Source: an uncultured Actinomycetota bacterium (lineage in GTDB: Bacteria > Actinomycetota > Actinomycetes > JAHEKZ01). Taken from it: 64,000 nucleotides of DNA. The DNA is taken from the NCBI GenBank assembly GCA_963829525.1, contig CAWHIJ010000003.1:2432001-2496000 (forward strand), in the 5' to 3' direction. Position numbers and translations under genes: made by a program. Below, in pieces: positions 11,929-23,156 of the stretch. The notes under the pieces were generated by a model. The model saw only the letters and a list, made by a program, of their open reading frames with translations. It did not search any database and was not told the origin of the DNA. Numbering within the stretch: position 1 is the first letter of the stretch; the number at the start of each line of letters is the position of its first letter.

Positions 11929-13145
11929 CTAGCTCATGGGTCGAGGGAGCGGACGAATCCAACTACTCATTGGCCGTCCTGCCGATGGGTGCGGCTGCTT
12001 TTGCCGACGGTGGCACTCCGCATGTCGTCACTCGAATCGGTGACCAGGTGCTCGATCTCCATACCCTGGCCCAGTCCGGGCTGGTCGTCGACGGGCTGGG
12101 TGGCCTGACCCGTTCGCCATCATTGAACGACCTCCTGGCAGCTGGTCGTTCGAGCTGGACTCAGCTACGCGCAACGCTGACCAACTGGCTCAGCGACTCC
12201 GCCTACCGCGACCGCATCGCAGCGCACCTGCATTCAACTGGTGCCGTCCGCATGGTGATGCCGTTCGACGTCGCTGACTACGTCGACTTCTACTCGTCCG
12301 AGCAGCATGCTCGTAACGTCGGGGCCATCTTTCGACCCGAATCCCCTGACCTCCCCGAGAACTGGAAGCATCTGCCCATCGGTTACCACGGTCGATCGGG
12401 CACCGTGGTGGTCAGCGGTACCGACATCGTGCGGCCACGAGGCCAGCGAAGGGCACGCGATGCCAGCGAACCGTCGTTCGGGCCCTCAACCCGCCTCGAC
12501 ATCGAGGCGGAGGTGGGGTTCGTCGTCGGTACGCCGAGCACTCTGGGATCGCCGGTATCAACCAGGGCACTGACCGACCATGTCTTCGGAGTCGTTCTGG
12601 TCAATGACTGGTCGGCACGAGACATCCAGGCGTGGGAGTACGTGCCGCTCGGGCCATTCCTCGGCAAGTCGTTCGCCACATCAATCTCGCCTTGGGTCAT
12701 CCCACTGGAAGCACTTGCCGCGGCACGGTGTCCGCTTCCTTCACAGGACCCACCGATATTCGATTACCTGCAAGACGACGACCCGTGGTGCCTCGACCTC
12801 CGGCTCTCGGTCACCCTCAACGGGTCGCTCGTCAGCGAGCCACCCTTTGCCACGCAGTACTGGTCGCCCGGTCAGCAGCTGGCGCACATGACAATCAACG
12901 GCGCGTCCCTCCGCACCGGAGATCTCTTCGCGTCCGGCACAGTGACGGGGCGAGAGCGCCACCAGCGCGGCTCGCTTCTCGAGCTCAGCTGGGGCGGACG
13001 CGAGCCCTTCACCCTCGATGACGGCAGCAAACGCACGTTCCTCGAGGACGGTGACGCCGTCACCATCAGCGGCTGGGCCCCTGGGCCCGATGGGCGGCGG
13101 ATCGGTCTGGGCGAAGTAACTGGAACGGTGCTGGCTTCTCGCTAG
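11925..13145 (+). CDS. fahA: Fumarylacetoacetase
   Basis: DYVDFYSSEQHARNVG, NWKHLPIGYHGRS, NDWSARDIQAWEYVPLGPFLGK. Confidence 0.97.
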   Translation: MTSSWVEGADESNYSLAVLPMGAAAFADGGTPHVVTRIGDQVLDLHTLAQSGLVVDGLGGLTRSPSLNDLLAAGRSSWTQLRATLTNWLSDSAYRDRIAAHLHSTGAVRMVMPFDVADYVDFYSSEQHARNVGAIFRPESPDLPENWKHLPIGYHGRSGTVVVSGTDIVRPRGQRRARDASEPSFGPSTRLDIEAEVGFVVGTPSTLGSPVSTRALTDHVFGVVLVNDWSARDIQAWEYVPLGPFLGKSFATSISPWVIPLEALAAARCPLPSQDPPIFDYLQDDDPWCLDLRLSVTLNGSLVSEPPFATQYWSPGQQLAHMTINGASLRTGDLFASGTVTGRERHQRGSLLELSWGGREPFTLDDGSKRTFLEDGDAVTISGWAPGPDGRRIGLGEVTGTVLASR

Positions 13146-14569
13146 CGCGGATCCGCTGGCTTCGCACCATCGACCAACCATCTGGTGAAGAAGGCATCCA
13201 GCGAGTCGCCGGAAACCCGCTCTGCAACCCGCATGAATTCGCCGGTGCGCCCATTGCCGTTGGCGAAACGGTTGGCCCAGTGCCGCAAGATCTTGTTGAC
13301 CGTTGGCGCTCCCACCCGCAGGCGTAGGGCGAAGAGAGTCATCGCACCGCGCGAGTAGATCGGAGCGTTGAAGAGGTTGGCGTACCCGGGGTTTGAGACG
13401 TTGAGCTTCCAGAAGTTGCTGTCGCCCGGCCGTGCGTACGCGTCGTCAAACTGCGAGGCCATGGACGGCCCACCGTCGTGCGCCACCCACATCCACTCCG
13501 CGTAGGTAGCAAAGCCCTCGTTGAGCCAGATATCGCGCCAACGCTCGACGGCGACGCTGTCTCCGTACCACTGGTGGGCGAGCTCATGGGCGACGGTCGC
13601 GGGGAACCCCCGCCAACCAACGAGTGACTTGTCGTACGTCGGACGGGTCTGGTTCTCCAACGCGTAGTAGCTGCGGTGGTTGTCGACGATGCCGCCAGCA
13701 GACTCGAAGGGGTACTGGCCAAACTTGGACTCGAAGAAGTCGATGATCTTTGGAGTGAGAGCAAGCACGCGGTCGGTGCTTCTCGGAAAGCCGCGATCCA
13801 CATAGTTCAGCACGGGGATACCGGAGCTCGTTCGCATCCGATCGAAGCGCCACTTGCCGATCGACACCGTCGCGAGGTACGAGGCCATCGGGTCGCGGGT
13901 GCACCAGCTGAAGGTCGTCCACCCGTCGCGAGTGATCGGTGCACGCTCGGGCATACCGTTCGACACCGCTTGAAGCCCCTTGGGTACCGCGATCTTGGTG
14001 CAGATTCGAGCCTTGTCACTGGGGTGTTCGTTGACCGGGAACCAGAACATCCCCGCCTCGGGCTCACCCACGATGGTGGCGCCATCGGCGGTGTTGAACC
14101 AGCCGGACTTGCCAAGGTTCGGGTCGTTGAGGATCTCTGGCTTACCCCCGTACCGGACGACGACCGTGAAACGGGCGCCATCGGTGATGCCTACAACTGG
14201 CTGAACCGTCACCTCACGGTGATGCCTGCCGCCAGAACGACTGACCGCCGCCGTGACGCCATCGACTTTGGCCGAGTCGACGACGAGTCCGTAGAGGTCG
14301 AGGTTGAACGCAGACAACGACTGCGTAGCTGTCGCTTCAATCGTGGCAACACCCTGCAGGTGGTCGGTGCGCGGGTTGAAACGCAGGTCAAGGTCGTAGC
14401 GCCTCACCTGATAGCCACCGTTGCCCTCAGTCGGGACGTACGGGTCGCCGATTCCGATTGATCCGGGAGTGAAGCCTCCCCCGGCGACGGCCGCTCCACC
14501 AACCCCAAGGACGCTGACGATGAGGGAGGTCACAACAGCGACGCTGACGGCGATCGGCTTGCGGACCAC
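13142..14569 (-). CDS. Secreted M1-family zinc aminopeptidase
   Basis: Signal peptide; GDPYVPTEGNGGY; YALENQTRP; HELAHQWYGD...WLNEGFATYAE. Confidence 0.92.
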   Translation of the reverse strand: MVRKPIAVSVAVVTSLIVSVLGVGGAAVAGGGFTPGSIGIGDPYVPTEGNGGYQVRRYDLDLRFNPRTDHLQGVATIEATATQSLSAFNLDLYGLVVDSAKVDGVTAAVSRSGGRHHREVTVQPVVGITDGARFTVVVRYGGKPEILNDPNLGKSGWFNTADGATIVGEPEAGMFWFPVNEHPSDKARICTKIAVPKGLQAVSNGMPERAPITRDGWTTFSWCTRDPMASYLATVSIGKWRFDRMRTSSGIPVLNYVDRGFPRSTDRVLALTPKIIDFFESKFGQYPFESAGGIVDNHRSYYALENQTRPTYDKSLVGWRGFPATVAHELAHQWYGDSVAVERWRDIWLNEGFATYAEWMWVAHDGGPSMASQFDDAYARPGDSNFWKLNVSNPGYANLFNAPIYSRGAMTLFALRLRVGAPTVNKILRHWANRFANGNGRTGEFMRVAERVSGDSLDAFFTRWLVDGAKPADPR

Positions 14570-14613
14570 GTGAGAATCCCTTCAGAGGAGGTGGCCTCAC
14601 CCTAGTGGTCCTC

Positions 14614-15846
<1,233 letters not shown>

Positions 15847-15868
15847 TCAATCTGTACAGTCAGATGAC

Positions 15869-16354
15869 ATGAAGCAGCCAATTGATGCACTGGACGCCCG
15901 TATCCTGGCCTTGTTTCGGACCGAGCCGCGGATCGGCGTCCTCGAAGCCTCCCGTCGCTTGGTGGTAGCCAGGGGAACCGTGCAGGCCCGGTTGGACCGC
16001 ATGGAGGCGCAGGGCATCGTGACCGGTTGGGGACCTGACGTCAACCCAGTTGCCCTCGGGTTCGAGGTCAGCGCTTTCGTCACTCTGGAGATCAGTCAGC
16101 GCGGCCACCGCACCATCGAGACGGCCCTCGCCGGGCTACCTGAGGTGTTGGAGGCCCACACCATCTCTGGCTCGGGCGACATGCTCGTCCGCGTCGTGGC
16201 CCGTACTAACGCCGATCTTCAGCGTGTGGTGGACGCGGTGCTCGACATCGACGGCGTCGAGCGGTCGAACATGGTGATCGTGCTGGCAGACGGTGTTCCG
16301 TACCGCACGACACCCTTGCTCGAGCGAGCTGCCAGCGACAGTGAAGACTTCTAG
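15869..16354 (+). CDS. Lrp/AsnC-family transcriptional regulator, divergent from hppD
   Basis: IDALDARIL, SRRL.VARGTVQARLDRM HTH, EVLEAHTISGSGD. Confidence 0.93.
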   Translation: MKQPIDALDARILALFRTEPRIGVLEASRRLVVARGTVQARLDRMEAQGIVTGWGPDVNPVALGFEVSAFVTLEISQRGHRTIETALAGLPEVLEAHTISGSGDMLVRVVARTNADLQRVVDAVLDIDGVERSNMVIVLADGVPYRTTPLLERAASDSEDF

Positions 16355-16380
16355 GGAGCCCGAGACTGACTAAGAGGCCG

Positions 16381-16938
16381 CTACCATCCTTCGAAGCTGG
16401 AACGAGGCGAACACCTCAACGATGCCCGAGGAAGACCAGCCAGAGTCCGGTGACCCAGACGAGGGCGTTGAGGGTGATTGCCGGCCAGGCCAGGACGACG
16501 ATGCCGGCGATCAGGCTCAAGCGCTCCGATGAAGATCACCCAGCCGCGCGCCGGCATCCCCGGGTTAGCGATGCCCTCTATCAGCTCGGCGACGCCGCGA
16601 ACCACCCAGCCGACACCGACGAGAAGGGCGAGAACAGCCACAGCCTGGCTGATGCCGCGGAACGCGACGATTCCCAGCAGCACCGAGAAGAGTCCGGCGA
16701 TCGCCGACAACACCCTCATACCGGTGTCACCGGCATCACTGGAGAAGCTCGCCACGAGCAAGAAGATGCCGCTGAAGATCAGGTAGATGCCAACAATGAC
16801 AGCGAAGAAAGCCACCGACTGCTCAGTGAAGACCATCAGGATTACGCCGAGGGCAATCGTGGCCAGACCGAAAGCAAGCGCCGCGCCAAAACTGCGGCCC
16901 AGCATGCCTTGCAACTGATCTGTCGATGTGGTGCTCAT
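16381..16938 (-). CDS. HdeD/DUF308-family membrane protein; frameshift near 16520
   Basis: Repeated GxxxxxxG transmembrane hairpins. The hydrophobic frame (LSLIAGIVVLAWPAITL..) resumes after a one-base shift; the exact 3' end is uncertain. Confidence 0.8.
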   Translation of the reverse strand: MSTTSTDQLQGMLGRSFGAALAFGLATIALGVILMVFTEQSVAFFAVIVGIYLIFSGIFLLVASFSSDAGDTGMRVLSAIAGLFSVLLGIVAFRGISQAVAVLALLVGVGWVVRGVAELIEGIANPGMPARGWVIFIGALEPDRRHRRPGLAGNHPQRPRLGHRTLAGLPRASLRCSPRSSFEGW

Positions 16939-17684
16939 AGCCGCCCTGCCTCCGTCACGCGCCGTAAGAAACGCCTCGTGCGCTCCTCTTGCGGTTCGGA
17001 GAGTACCTGCTCAGGCGGGCCGAGCTCGGCAACCTCGCCGCCGTCAAGGAAGGCAACACGGGTGGCCACTTCGCGAGCGAAAGCCATCTCGTGCGTTGCC
17101 AGCACCATCGTCAGCCCGGCGGCCTTAAGGTCTCGGATCACGCCAAGCACTTCCCCGACCAGCTCTGGGTCGAGCGCCGAGGTGATCTCGTCGAAGAGCA
17201 TGATTCTTGGCTGCATCGCCAAAGCCCGCACGATCGCAACGCGCTGCTGCTGTCCGCCGGAAAGCCGATCGGGGTATCCACCGGCCTTGTCGGCCAGACC
17301 AAACCGCGTGAGCAGCTCTGTGGCCTGCGTCTCAGCCACGTCGCGCGAATGGCCCAGCACCTTCCTCGGCGCCAGCGTGATGTTGTCCATCACGCTGCGG
17401 TGCGGGAAGAGGTTAAACGACTGGAAGACGATCCCGATGTTGCGACGGGCCGCGTTGACGTCATAGCCGGGCCAAGAGATGTCCTCGCCCTCCAAGATGA
17501 CCGCCCCAGAGTCGATCGGCTCCAGAAGATCGATGCAGCGCAGCAGGGTCGACTTGCCGCATCCAGATGATCCGATCAACGCGACGACTTCGTGCTCGTC
17601 GACATCGAGCGAGACACCACGGAGCACCGGGTTGTCGCCGTAGGCCTTGTGCACGTCTTTCAGCTGAAGCGTCGGCTCGGTCAA
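16935..17684 (-). CDS. Polar amino-acid ABC transporter ATP-binding protein
   Basis: GSSGCGKST, VFQSFNLFPH, LSGGQQQRVAI, FDEITSALDPELV; TTG start overlapping the permease stop. Confidence 0.95.
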   Translation of the reverse strand: MTEPTLQLKDVHKAYGDNPVLRGVSLDVDEHEVVALIGSSGCGKSTLLRCIDLLEPIDSGAVILEGEDISWPGYDVNAARRNIGIVFQSFNLFPHRSVMDNITLAPRKVLGHSRDVAETQATELLTRFGLADKAGGYPDRLSGGQQQRVAIVRALAMQPRIMLFDEITSALDPELVGEVLGVIRDLKAAGLTMVLATHEMAFAREVATRVAFLDGGEVAELGPPEQVLSEPQEERTRRFLRRVTEAGRL

Positions 17685-18544
17685 AGCCCACCGCCAGCTG
17701 CTGCGCTCCGCCGCCGCTGGCGGTCGGCCATCCAGTCGGCCCACCGGGACAACGGAACGGTGAGTAGAACGTAGAAGAAGGCGGCCACGACGAATGGTGT
17801 GTAGTTGAAGACGTCGAAGGCGTAGATCTGTGCTGCCCTCGTCATCTCGACACCGGCCCCGACGATAGCAATCAGAGCCGTGTCCTTCTGCAGTGCGATG
17901 AAGTCGTTGAGCAATGGGGGTATCACCCGTCGCACGGCCTGGGGTACCACCACGTATCGCAGGCTCTGGTACTGGTTCAGACCCAAAGCTCGGGCTGCCG
18001 CACGCTGGCTGGGATGAACCGACTCAAGTCCAGCGCGCAAGACTTCGCTGACGTAAGCGGTGTACGAGACGACGAGGGCGAACCACGCCCAGAAGAGACG
18101 CGAGTCCGACAGACCTTCGAGGTTCAGCGCCGGGATTCCAAATGCGAACATCAAGATCAACAAGATGGTTGGGATACCGCGAACCACATCAGCGTAGGCG
18201 ATGGCCAGGAAACGGAGGGGTGTGAAGACCGGAGCGGACAGTCCCCGGACCACCGCCAGCAGGAGTCCAATGACCAGGATCACCGGCTCGGCTGTGAGGA
18301 ACAGAATCACCGTGAGCTTGAGGCCGGTCAGAATCTCTGGCAGAACTTCGCGCGCGTGGAACCCGTTGAAGAACGACTCCCGCACGGCCGGCCATCCGGG
18401 TGAGGTGACGATCAGCACCAGCAGCGCGCCGAGGACAAGGATCGTGCTCGCTGTCGACACTGCCGTGTTCCGGCGCCTCCGCTTGGAGATGGCGTCCAAC
18501 CGTGCCGGGTCGTAGACCGGCACGGCGTCGGAGGTAGCTGTCAC
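17681..18544 (-). CDS. Polar amino-acid ABC transporter permease
   Basis: VRGIP, AYVSEVLRAG, VVPQAVRRVIPPLLNDFIALQKDTAL. Confidence 0.95.
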   Translation of the reverse strand: MTATSDAVPVYDPARLDAISKRRRRNTAVSTASTILVLGALLVLIVTSPGWPAVRESFFNGFHAREVLPEILTGLKLTVILFLTAEPVILVIGLLLAVVRGLSAPVFTPLRFLAIAYADVVRGIPTILLILMFAFGIPALNLEGLSDSRLFWAWFALVVSYTAYVSEVLRAGLESVHPSQRAAARALGLNQYQSLRYVVVPQAVRRVIPPLLNDFIALQKDTALIAIVGAGVEMTRAAQIYAFDVFNYTPFVVAAFFYVLLTVPLSRWADWMADRQRRRSAAAGGGL

Positions 18545-18566
18545 TGGACCGCGCCGACGCGTCGGG

Positions 18567-19433
18567 TCAGCTCAAGATCGGCGCGTCGGAGTACTCGGTC
18601 ATCCACTGGTTGGTGATGTCGAGCAGCTCACCGGAATCGGTGAGCGCCCCAAGTGCCTGGTTGACGCAGGTGACCAGTGGGTTGTCCTTCTCAAGCGCAA
18701 GACCCCAACTCTCAGCAGCGTTGGCAGCCGGTAGCTGCCCGACGACCGTCCCCGGCACCTCCGCTGCAGCGAGGTAGAGGGTGGTCGGCAGGTCGGTGAC
18801 GATCGCATCGATCTGACCGTTCACCAGGGCCTGGGTCGAGGCGGTCGTGTCATCGAACACGTCAACCTCCTGAGTGGGGGCGATCTGGCTCTCGACATCA
18901 TCGGACGCCGTGGTGCCGATCTGAACACCGATCTTGGCGTCTTGCAGTTCGGCGAGGGACGTGACGTCGGCGAACTCGCTGTCCTTGAGGACGAGCACCC
19001 CGTTGGAGGCTGCGTAGTACGGGTCGCTGAAGGTCACTGCCTCCCCGCGCTTGGGAGTGATCGAAATTTGGTTGATGGCGAAGTCGAAGTCCTTCGCGCC
19101 CGGAGCGGCCAGCTGGCTGAAGCCGGCAAAGGTCCACGCGACCTGGTCCTTGGCAAACCCCATCTCCCTCGCCACCGCATAGGCCGTTGCCGACTCGAAG
19201 CCCTTGCCATTCGTTGGCTTGTTGTCGATGACATACGGGGGGTAGGCAGGATCGCTTGTGCCCACCGTGAGTTTGCCGTCCGTGACCGTGGTGATGTCGG
19301 CACAAGCGTCCCCGCTGGTCGTGGTCGCGGCCGGTTCATTCTGCTCTTTAGCGCAGGACGAGAGCGCAAGGACGGCTGCAACCGAAGCGGTGACCAAAAC
19401 GGCAGAGCGGAGCGATGTGCGGGCGATGCGCAT
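18567..19433 (-). CDS. Amino-acid ABC transporter substrate-binding lipoprotein (SBP_bac_3)
   Basis: Lipobox LSSC; LTVGT..PAYPP; DFAINQISIT; FSDPYY; GVQIGTT. Confidence 0.93.
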   Translation of the reverse strand: MRIARTSLRSAVLVTASVAAVLALSSCAKEQNEPAATTTSGDACADITTVTDGKLTVGTSDPAYPPYVIDNKPTNGKGFESATAYAVAREMGFAKDQVAWTFAGFSQLAAPGAKDFDFAINQISITPKRGEAVTFSDPYYAASNGVLVLKDSEFADVTSLAELQDAKIGVQIGTTASDDVESQIAPTQEVDVFDDTTASTQALVNGQIDAIVTDLPTTLYLAAAEVPGTVVGQLPAANAAESWGLALEKDNPLVTCVNQALGALTDSGELLDITNQWMTEYSDAPILS

Positions 19434-19452
19434 GGGGCCTCCGAGGCTCGTG

Positions 19453-19471
19453 GGTGGAGGTGTCCTCCACC
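19453..19471. promoter_or_regulatory. Perfect hairpin GGTGGAGG-TGT-CCTCCACC in the leader of the ABC operon
   Basis: 8-bp perfect inverted repeat about 20 nt upstream of the SBP start; function inferred. Confidence 0.5.
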
Positions 19472-19499
19472 TGACATGCAGATGAACGTCGCCCGAAGC

Positions 19500-19619
19500 C
19501 TAGCGCCGGGCCACCACCCACGCGCGCAGGGTATCGATCCGATGCTGCAGGTCGCTGGCGTTCGCCAGCGGCACGACAGGGCCACCCAGCGTGGCGAAGG
19601 GCGGGTATCGGTAAGTCAC
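19500..19619 (-). CDS. Candidate 39-aa leader peptide (MTYRYPPFATLGGPVVPLANASDLQHRIDTLRAWVVARR)
   Basis: Manual translation GTG(19619)..TAG(19500); TAGGCT -10-like hexamer shortly upstream; followed by hairpins. Confidence 0.35.
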   Translation of the reverse strand: MTYRYPPFATLGGPVVPLANASDLQHRIDTLRAWVVARR

Positions 19620-19690
19620 GGGGGCACGAGCCTAAGGACCTCGATGCCCAATGAGCACGACCCCAACCCGCTCGGCGTGTCAGGCCCTGA

Positions 19691-21118
19691 TCAACCCGAG
19701 TTCGCACCTGCGGGGCGCGGTGACACCCGGGGGGACAGGACCGTTCCGATCACCGCGATCGTCGTCATCACCAAGAAGATCGTGAGGTAGACGCCAGAGT
19801 CCTGGCCAGCCCGGGCATGCGACGTCGCGAAGATCACCCCGCCGAGGCCGGTGGCCAAGATGACGCCGAGCGAGTCAGAGATCTGCAATGCTGCCGAGTT
19901 CACTCCTTGCTTGTCGGGAGGTGAGAGCTGCAGGACCAGGACGCCGAGCGATCCGTACAAGATGCCCATCCCGAAAGAGCCGATGGCCCATGTGAACGCG
20001 ATCACCTGCCACGAGACGGCCTCCAGGGCGACAACACTCGAGAGCGCGAGCCCAGCCGTGGTGAACGATGCCCCGATCACCACAAGTCGATCACGTGTGA
20101 TCGTCAACGTCGGGCGACCCTGGATCCAGCTGCCCAAGAACCATCCGATCGCTGCACCGGAGAGTGAGCCACCCGCAAAGACCGACGAGAGCCCTCGTTC
20201 GCTGACCAGCATCAGCGGGACAAACCACTCGGCCGCAAAGAATGACCCAGCGAAGACGCCACGAATCAACACCACGGTAGGAAGACCTCGCCGCGACATG
20301 AGTGTTCCCTCGGGCAGCAGCCGGGGGACGGCGTATCCGAGCAGGCCAATGGCGAGGGGTGCGAGAACCAGTGACCAGGCATCGAGTAGCTGTCCAGACA
20401 CCTGCAGCAGAACAACTCCGACCGCGGCGAGAAGCGCCAGGCGTTTGCGTCCTGCCGCCGGGTCGGCGTCCGGGTCCGGCTCGACGTGCATCGACTGAAG
20501 CCGCGGTATCAGTACGGCCCCGACTGGGATGAGCAGCAGCAGGACGCCGAAGAAGACCCAGCGCCAGCCGAATGCGTCTGTGATGAGTCCGGCCACGAGA
20601 GGACCAACGATCCCCGGGACCACCCACGAGCCGGAAAGTGCGGTGAATACCCGCGGCCGCATGTCCTCTGGGTAGGCCCGCCCGATGACCACATAAAGCG
20701 CCACGATCGCGGCGCCGAACCCCAGACCCTGAAAGGCTCGCCCAAGCAGAAGCACTGGCATCGTCGGGGCGAAGCCGCAGACCAAGGTCCCCAGGACGAA
20801 AGCCACGAGCCCGGCCGACAGCGGAGGCACCGGGCCTCGACGATCCGCCCACCCGCCGGCCGCAGCCATCGCGTACAGGCCAGCAGCCGTGACGGCGGTG
20901 GAACCCCAGGCGTAGAGGGGGAGGCCATCTAGCTCTCGCGCCGCAGTGGGCATCGCGGTGATGACGCCCATCGCCTCAAAGGCCACGATCGTCATCACCG
21001 AGATGACGCCAAGGGTGAGCACGCGGTACTGCGGTCCGAAGATGCTTTGGGGTCCGGTCCGCGGTTGCTGCTGCCCAGGCCTGATGCCCGTCATGTCTGG
21101 CTCAGGTCTCGTGGTCAC
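19691..21118 (-). CDS. MFS transporter
   Basis: About 14 hydrophobic segments; GGWADRRGP, LLGRAFQGLG, GWRWVF. Confidence 0.93.
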   Translation of the reverse strand: MTTRPEPDMTGIRPGQQQPRTGPQSIFGPQYRVLTLGVISVMTIVAFEAMGVITAMPTAARELDGLPLYAWGSTAVTAAGLYAMAAAGGWADRRGPVPPLSAGLVAFVLGTLVCGFAPTMPVLLLGRAFQGLGFGAAIVALYVVIGRAYPEDMRPRVFTALSGSWVVPGIVGPLVAGLITDAFGWRWVFFGVLLLLIPVGAVLIPRLQSMHVEPDPDADPAAGRKRLALLAAVGVVLLQVSGQLLDAWSLVLAPLAIGLLGYAVPRLLPEGTLMSRRGLPTVVLIRGVFAGSFFAAEWFVPLMLVSERGLSSVFAGGSLSGAAIGWFLGSWIQGRPTLTITRDRLVVIGASFTTAGLALSSVVALEAVSWQVIAFTWAIGSFGMGILYGSLGVLVLQLSPPDKQGVNSAALQISDSLGVILATGLGGVIFATSHARAGQDSGVYLTIFLVMTTIAVIGTVLSPRVSPRPAGANSG

Positions 21119-21147
21119 CTCACCAGCGTATGCACACGCTCAACGAG

Positions 21148-22083
21148 TCACCCGGCGGATCGGAAGGTAGCCCACTGGCTCAGCATCCGGTCCGCTTGAC
21201 CTGCGGTGAAGCGATCCATGCAGATGTCGTTGCTGTAGTCCATGAAGTTGTGGATGGGGTCAACACCGTCAGCTCGGCATGAGTCACGGCCGTCAGGGCA
21301 TCCATAACCCGGCCTCCGCTCAGCCGGAGTGTCCGCAACGAGGTCGTTCTTCGGAGCACACCCATCCTGGAAGGTGTGATAGAGCCCCAACCAGTGACCG
21401 ATCTCGTGAGTTGCGGTGTCGCCACGGTTGTATGGAGCAGCCTTGCCGCCGGGCATCGAATCGGTCAGAAGCACGACGCCGTCGTTGGTGGGGTTGTTCT
21501 CATACCGCTGCGGGAAAGTTGCCCAGCCGAGCAGGTCACCACCGATGTTGGCCGCGTAGATGTTGAGGGTGTCGGCACCACCAACACGCAGCGCAGCCTT
21601 GGCCTCTGCCTCGGCCGCACTCCTGAACTTCATCGTGGACCAGGCGCTGTTGACCGTGATGTCTGTCGCCATCAGCGAAAAACGGAACGGCGTGCTGAAC
21701 GCCTTCGTGCTGCTACGACCGGAGTATCCACGGTTGAGCTTCCGAATCTGAAGGTCCGCCAGTTCCTCTCGGGCGATCTGCTCCTCGAGGGAGAGCTTCG
21801 TGGCGGTGATGAAGTGGATGTAGGTCGGGACCGTCACCTCGCCGCCCAGCCGCGCCTGCATGGTCGGCACCTCGCGGAGTCGCTCGGTGTGCGGGTCGAC
21901 GCGAACCTCATCGGTTCCCCTGGCGCCGGTCTCCGCCGAGTGCGGCTTGAAACAGTCGGCGGCAGCGCGCTGGACAGCACCGGTGCCGGTCGGAGCAACC
22001 GCGGCAACCCCAGACGCGAGGAGCGCGAGGGCAGCAACAACTGCAAGACGGGCCCCAGAGCGGGCGACGGAACGGACCGACAC
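21148..22083 (-). CDS. Secreted M43-family (pappalysin/ulilysin-like) zinc metalloprotease
   Basis: Signal peptide; LLGWATFP; HEIGHWLGLYHTF; HNFMDYS Met-turn; GGAGG RBS before GTG 22083. Confidence 0.92.
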   Translation of the reverse strand: MSVRSVARSGARLAVVAALALLASGVAAVAPTGTGAVQRAAADCFKPHSAETGARGTDEVRVDPHTERLREVPTMQARLGGEVTVPTYIHFITATKLSLEEQIAREELADLQIRKLNRGYSGRSSTKAFSTPFRFSLMATDITVNSAWSTMKFRSAAEAEAKAALRVGGADTLNIYAANIGGDLLGWATFPQRYENNPTNDGVVLLTDSMPGGKAAPYNRGDTATHEIGHWLGLYHTFQDGCAPKNDLVADTPAERRPGYGCPDGRDSCRADGVDPIHNFMDYSNDICMDRFTAGQADRMLSQWATFRSAG

Positions 22084-22212
22084 AGATGACCTCCAGGACA
22101 CGGGCAGAAACAGCATGTCGAGATTATGGCGTTGCGCCTAGGGCAGATCGGGTGATCGCCACGGGGCTGGGGACAGTCCATTGCTCCGCGGAAGGGGCAA
22201 AACCGAACTGGG

Positions 22213-22497
22213 TCAGGGCGTGCGTTCTCCGCCGCCACCGGGAAGGGACTCGTAGATCTTCTGGCACTCCGGGCACACCGGGAACTTCTGCGGGTCGCGG
22301 TTGGGGATCCAGACCTTGCCGCATAGAGCAATCACCGGGGAGCCAGTGACTGCGCTCTCCATGATCTTGTCCTTCTGGACGTAGTGGGCGAAGCGCTCGT
22401 GATCGCCCGGCTCGACCGACGCTTCCTCCACTCGCTCGTCGAGGAGCGTGCCAAGGCCGCCATTGTCGGTGTCTGGGCCGAGAGGATCTGTCGTCAC
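22213..22497 (-). CDS. DUF3039 family protein
   Basis: GDHERFAHYV.K.KIMESAV.G.PVIALCGKVWIP.RDP.KFPVCPEC. Confidence 0.93.
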   Translation of the reverse strand: MTTDPLGPDTDNGGLGTLLDERVEEASVEPGDHERFAHYVQKDKIMESAVTGSPVIALCGKVWIPNRDPQKFPVCPECQKIYESLPGGGGERTP

Positions 22498-22515
22498 GGC
22501 ATGAAGTGTAAACCG

Positions 22516-23112
22516 TCAGTTCAGCGACGGATCTTCAGGAAACGTCGCCACGATCGCCAGTCGGGGAGGCTGACGGCGAAGAACCTGCTCCCAAAGGCGC
22601 GCAGGGTCTTCGGACGACAGATCACCTGGCTCCGCATCGACAACGAACCAGGACCCTTCACCGATCTCCGCCTCGAGCTGTTCTGACCCCCAACCGGCGT
22701 AACCGGCGAAGACCCGCATAGACGCAATCTCTCCGGCGATCAGCTCAGCCGGACTGTCCAGATCAACGAGCCCGATTCCGGCGTGCACATGACGAAACCC
22801 CAACGGCTCGTCTGCCTCGTCGTGGCCACCGGCTCTCGCTGCGAGCGCGAGCGCGCTGTCACGGCCGACCGGACCGCCTTGGAAGACCACCTGCGGAGGG
22901 GTGGCGTAGAGGTGCCAGTCAGGCAGGATCTCACTGACGTCGGTGGTCGATGGCCGGTTCAGCACGACGCCAAGGGCTCCGCTTTCGTCGTGATCGACGA
23001 GCAGCACGATGGTGCGCGAGAAGTGGGGATCACCGAGCTCGGGCGAGGCAACCAGCAGACGCCCGGTGAGGGTCTGCTCGATCCACGCATCCTCGATGCT
23101 CGACTCGTCCAT
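22516..23112 (-). CDS. YqgE/AlgH family protein
   Basis: GRLLVASP.L.DPHF.RTIVLL, GVVLNRP, GGPV, FAGYAGWG.EQLEAE. Confidence 0.93.
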   Translation of the reverse strand: MDESSIEDAWIEQTLTGRLLVASPELGDPHFSRTIVLLVDHDESGALGVVLNRPSTTDVSEILPDWHLYATPPQVVFQGGPVGRDSALALAARAGGHDEADEPLGFRHVHAGIGLVDLDSPAELIAGEIASMRVFAGYAGWGSEQLEAEIGEGSWFVVDAEPGDLSSEDPARLWEQVLRRQPPRLAIVATFPEDPSLN

Positions 23113-23156
23113 GTCGCCATCCTCACCCAGAATGACCGCGGTCTCCAACCCTTGAC

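Noticed and set aside
19434-19690. Known riboswitch (SAM, glycine, TPP, T-box) upstream of the ABC operon
   Set aside because: I could not find the conserved core motifs by eye; it is retained only as a uORF/attenuator candidate.
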